Below, one piece after another: positions 63,870 to 64,000 of a stretch of 64,000 bases of DNA. Under the pieces are notes generated by a model. It worked only from the letters and a program-made list of their open reading frames with translations, did not search any database and was not told where the DNA came from. The position numbers and the translations under genes were made by a program. Every line of letters starts with the position of its first letter. Position 1 is the stretch's first letter. The DNA comes from an uncultured Limnohabitans sp. (GTDB taxonomy: Bacteria; Pseudomonadota; Gammaproteobacteria; Burkholderiales; Burkholderiaceae_C): the NCBI GenBank assembly GCA_964544175.1, contig CAZJAL010000009.1:9818-73817 (forward strand), read 5' to 3'.

Positions 63870-64000
63870 ATGCTTGTAATCCAAAAAATCTCTTCTTGGG
63901 CTAAAGCACTCAAATTAGATGTGTTGGCGTTGTGGTTAGCTCTGAAACAACCAAAGATGCCTTTCTGGGCAAAAGTCGTTTGCTTTGTCGCAGTGGCGTA
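63870..64000 (+). CDS. DUF1232/YkvA-like membrane protein (5' part only, runs off right edge)
   Basis: My own translation from ATG 63870 gives MLVIQKISSWAKALKLDVLALWLALKQPKMPFWAKVVCFVAVA. This resembles the YkvA-family N-terminus (conserved ...P..PW.AK......Y). Confidence 0.5.
   Translation, partial: MLVIQKISSWAKALKLDVLALWLALKQPKMPFWAKVVCFVAVA

Noticed and set aside
1-64000. CRISPR arrays, rRNA genes, IS elements or transposases, toxin-antitoxin pairs and classic phage-defence genes.
   Set aside because: None seen. There are no regularly spaced short repeats, no nuclease, helicase or methylase-type ORFs, and no transposase-like translations in the ORF track or intergenic regions.

Overview
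This 64 kb window looks like chromosomal DNA from a Burkholderiales-type betaproteobacterium. That guess rests on two orphan Bug/TctC-family binding proteins, TRAP and MFS transporters, roughly 50-55% GC in spot counts, and tight operons. All family calls come from reading motifs in the supplied translations and in my own translations; no searches were run.

Most of the window (1-55170) is ordinary metabolic and transport gene content:
- a truncated gamma-glutamyltransferase at the left edge
- a TrhO-GST fusion ORF
- a ten-gene minus-strand operon combining L-idonate/5-ketogluconate/gluconate catabolism with a TRAP transporter, an EthA-like Baeyer-Villiger monooxygenase, a hydrolase and a VOC protein, controlled by a LacI-type regulator with two palindromic operators
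- monomeric isocitrate dehydrogenase
- pobR-pobA, and a LysR-controlled NagGH-like Rieske oxygenase with a ferredoxin but no reductase
- a CoA-binding/MetY/acyl-CoA ligase/crotonase operon
- an Fe(III) ABC transporter with a Fur-like box
- an AT-richer patch carrying a hybrid histidine kinase, a LuxR-type regulator, an SRAP peptidase and unknowns
- a zrgABCD-like zinc-uptake cluster co-transcribed with a TauD-family dioxygenase

The most unusual region is 55171-63638. Two identical 49-nt copies of the 3' half of tRNA-Asn(GUU), neither part of an intact tRNA, bracket an AT-rich 8.4 kb element. This element has no integrase ORF of 60 aa or more in the supplied track. It carries a seven-gene heavy-metal RND efflux module: a CzcI-like protein, an outer membrane factor, an unknown anchored protein, an adaptor, a CusA-clade pump, an unknown periplasmic protein and a lipoprotein. 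Three of these proteins have mature N-termini predicted to begin with a G-x-(G/D)-H-(D/G)-H/E His motif. The pump appears to lack the Cu(I) methionine triad. A second AT-rich element starts right after the second tRNA copy and runs off the window, so this looks like tandem accretion at a tRNA-Asn site with the inner element being cis-mobilisable. No CRISPR array, rRNA, intact tRNA or transposase was seen.
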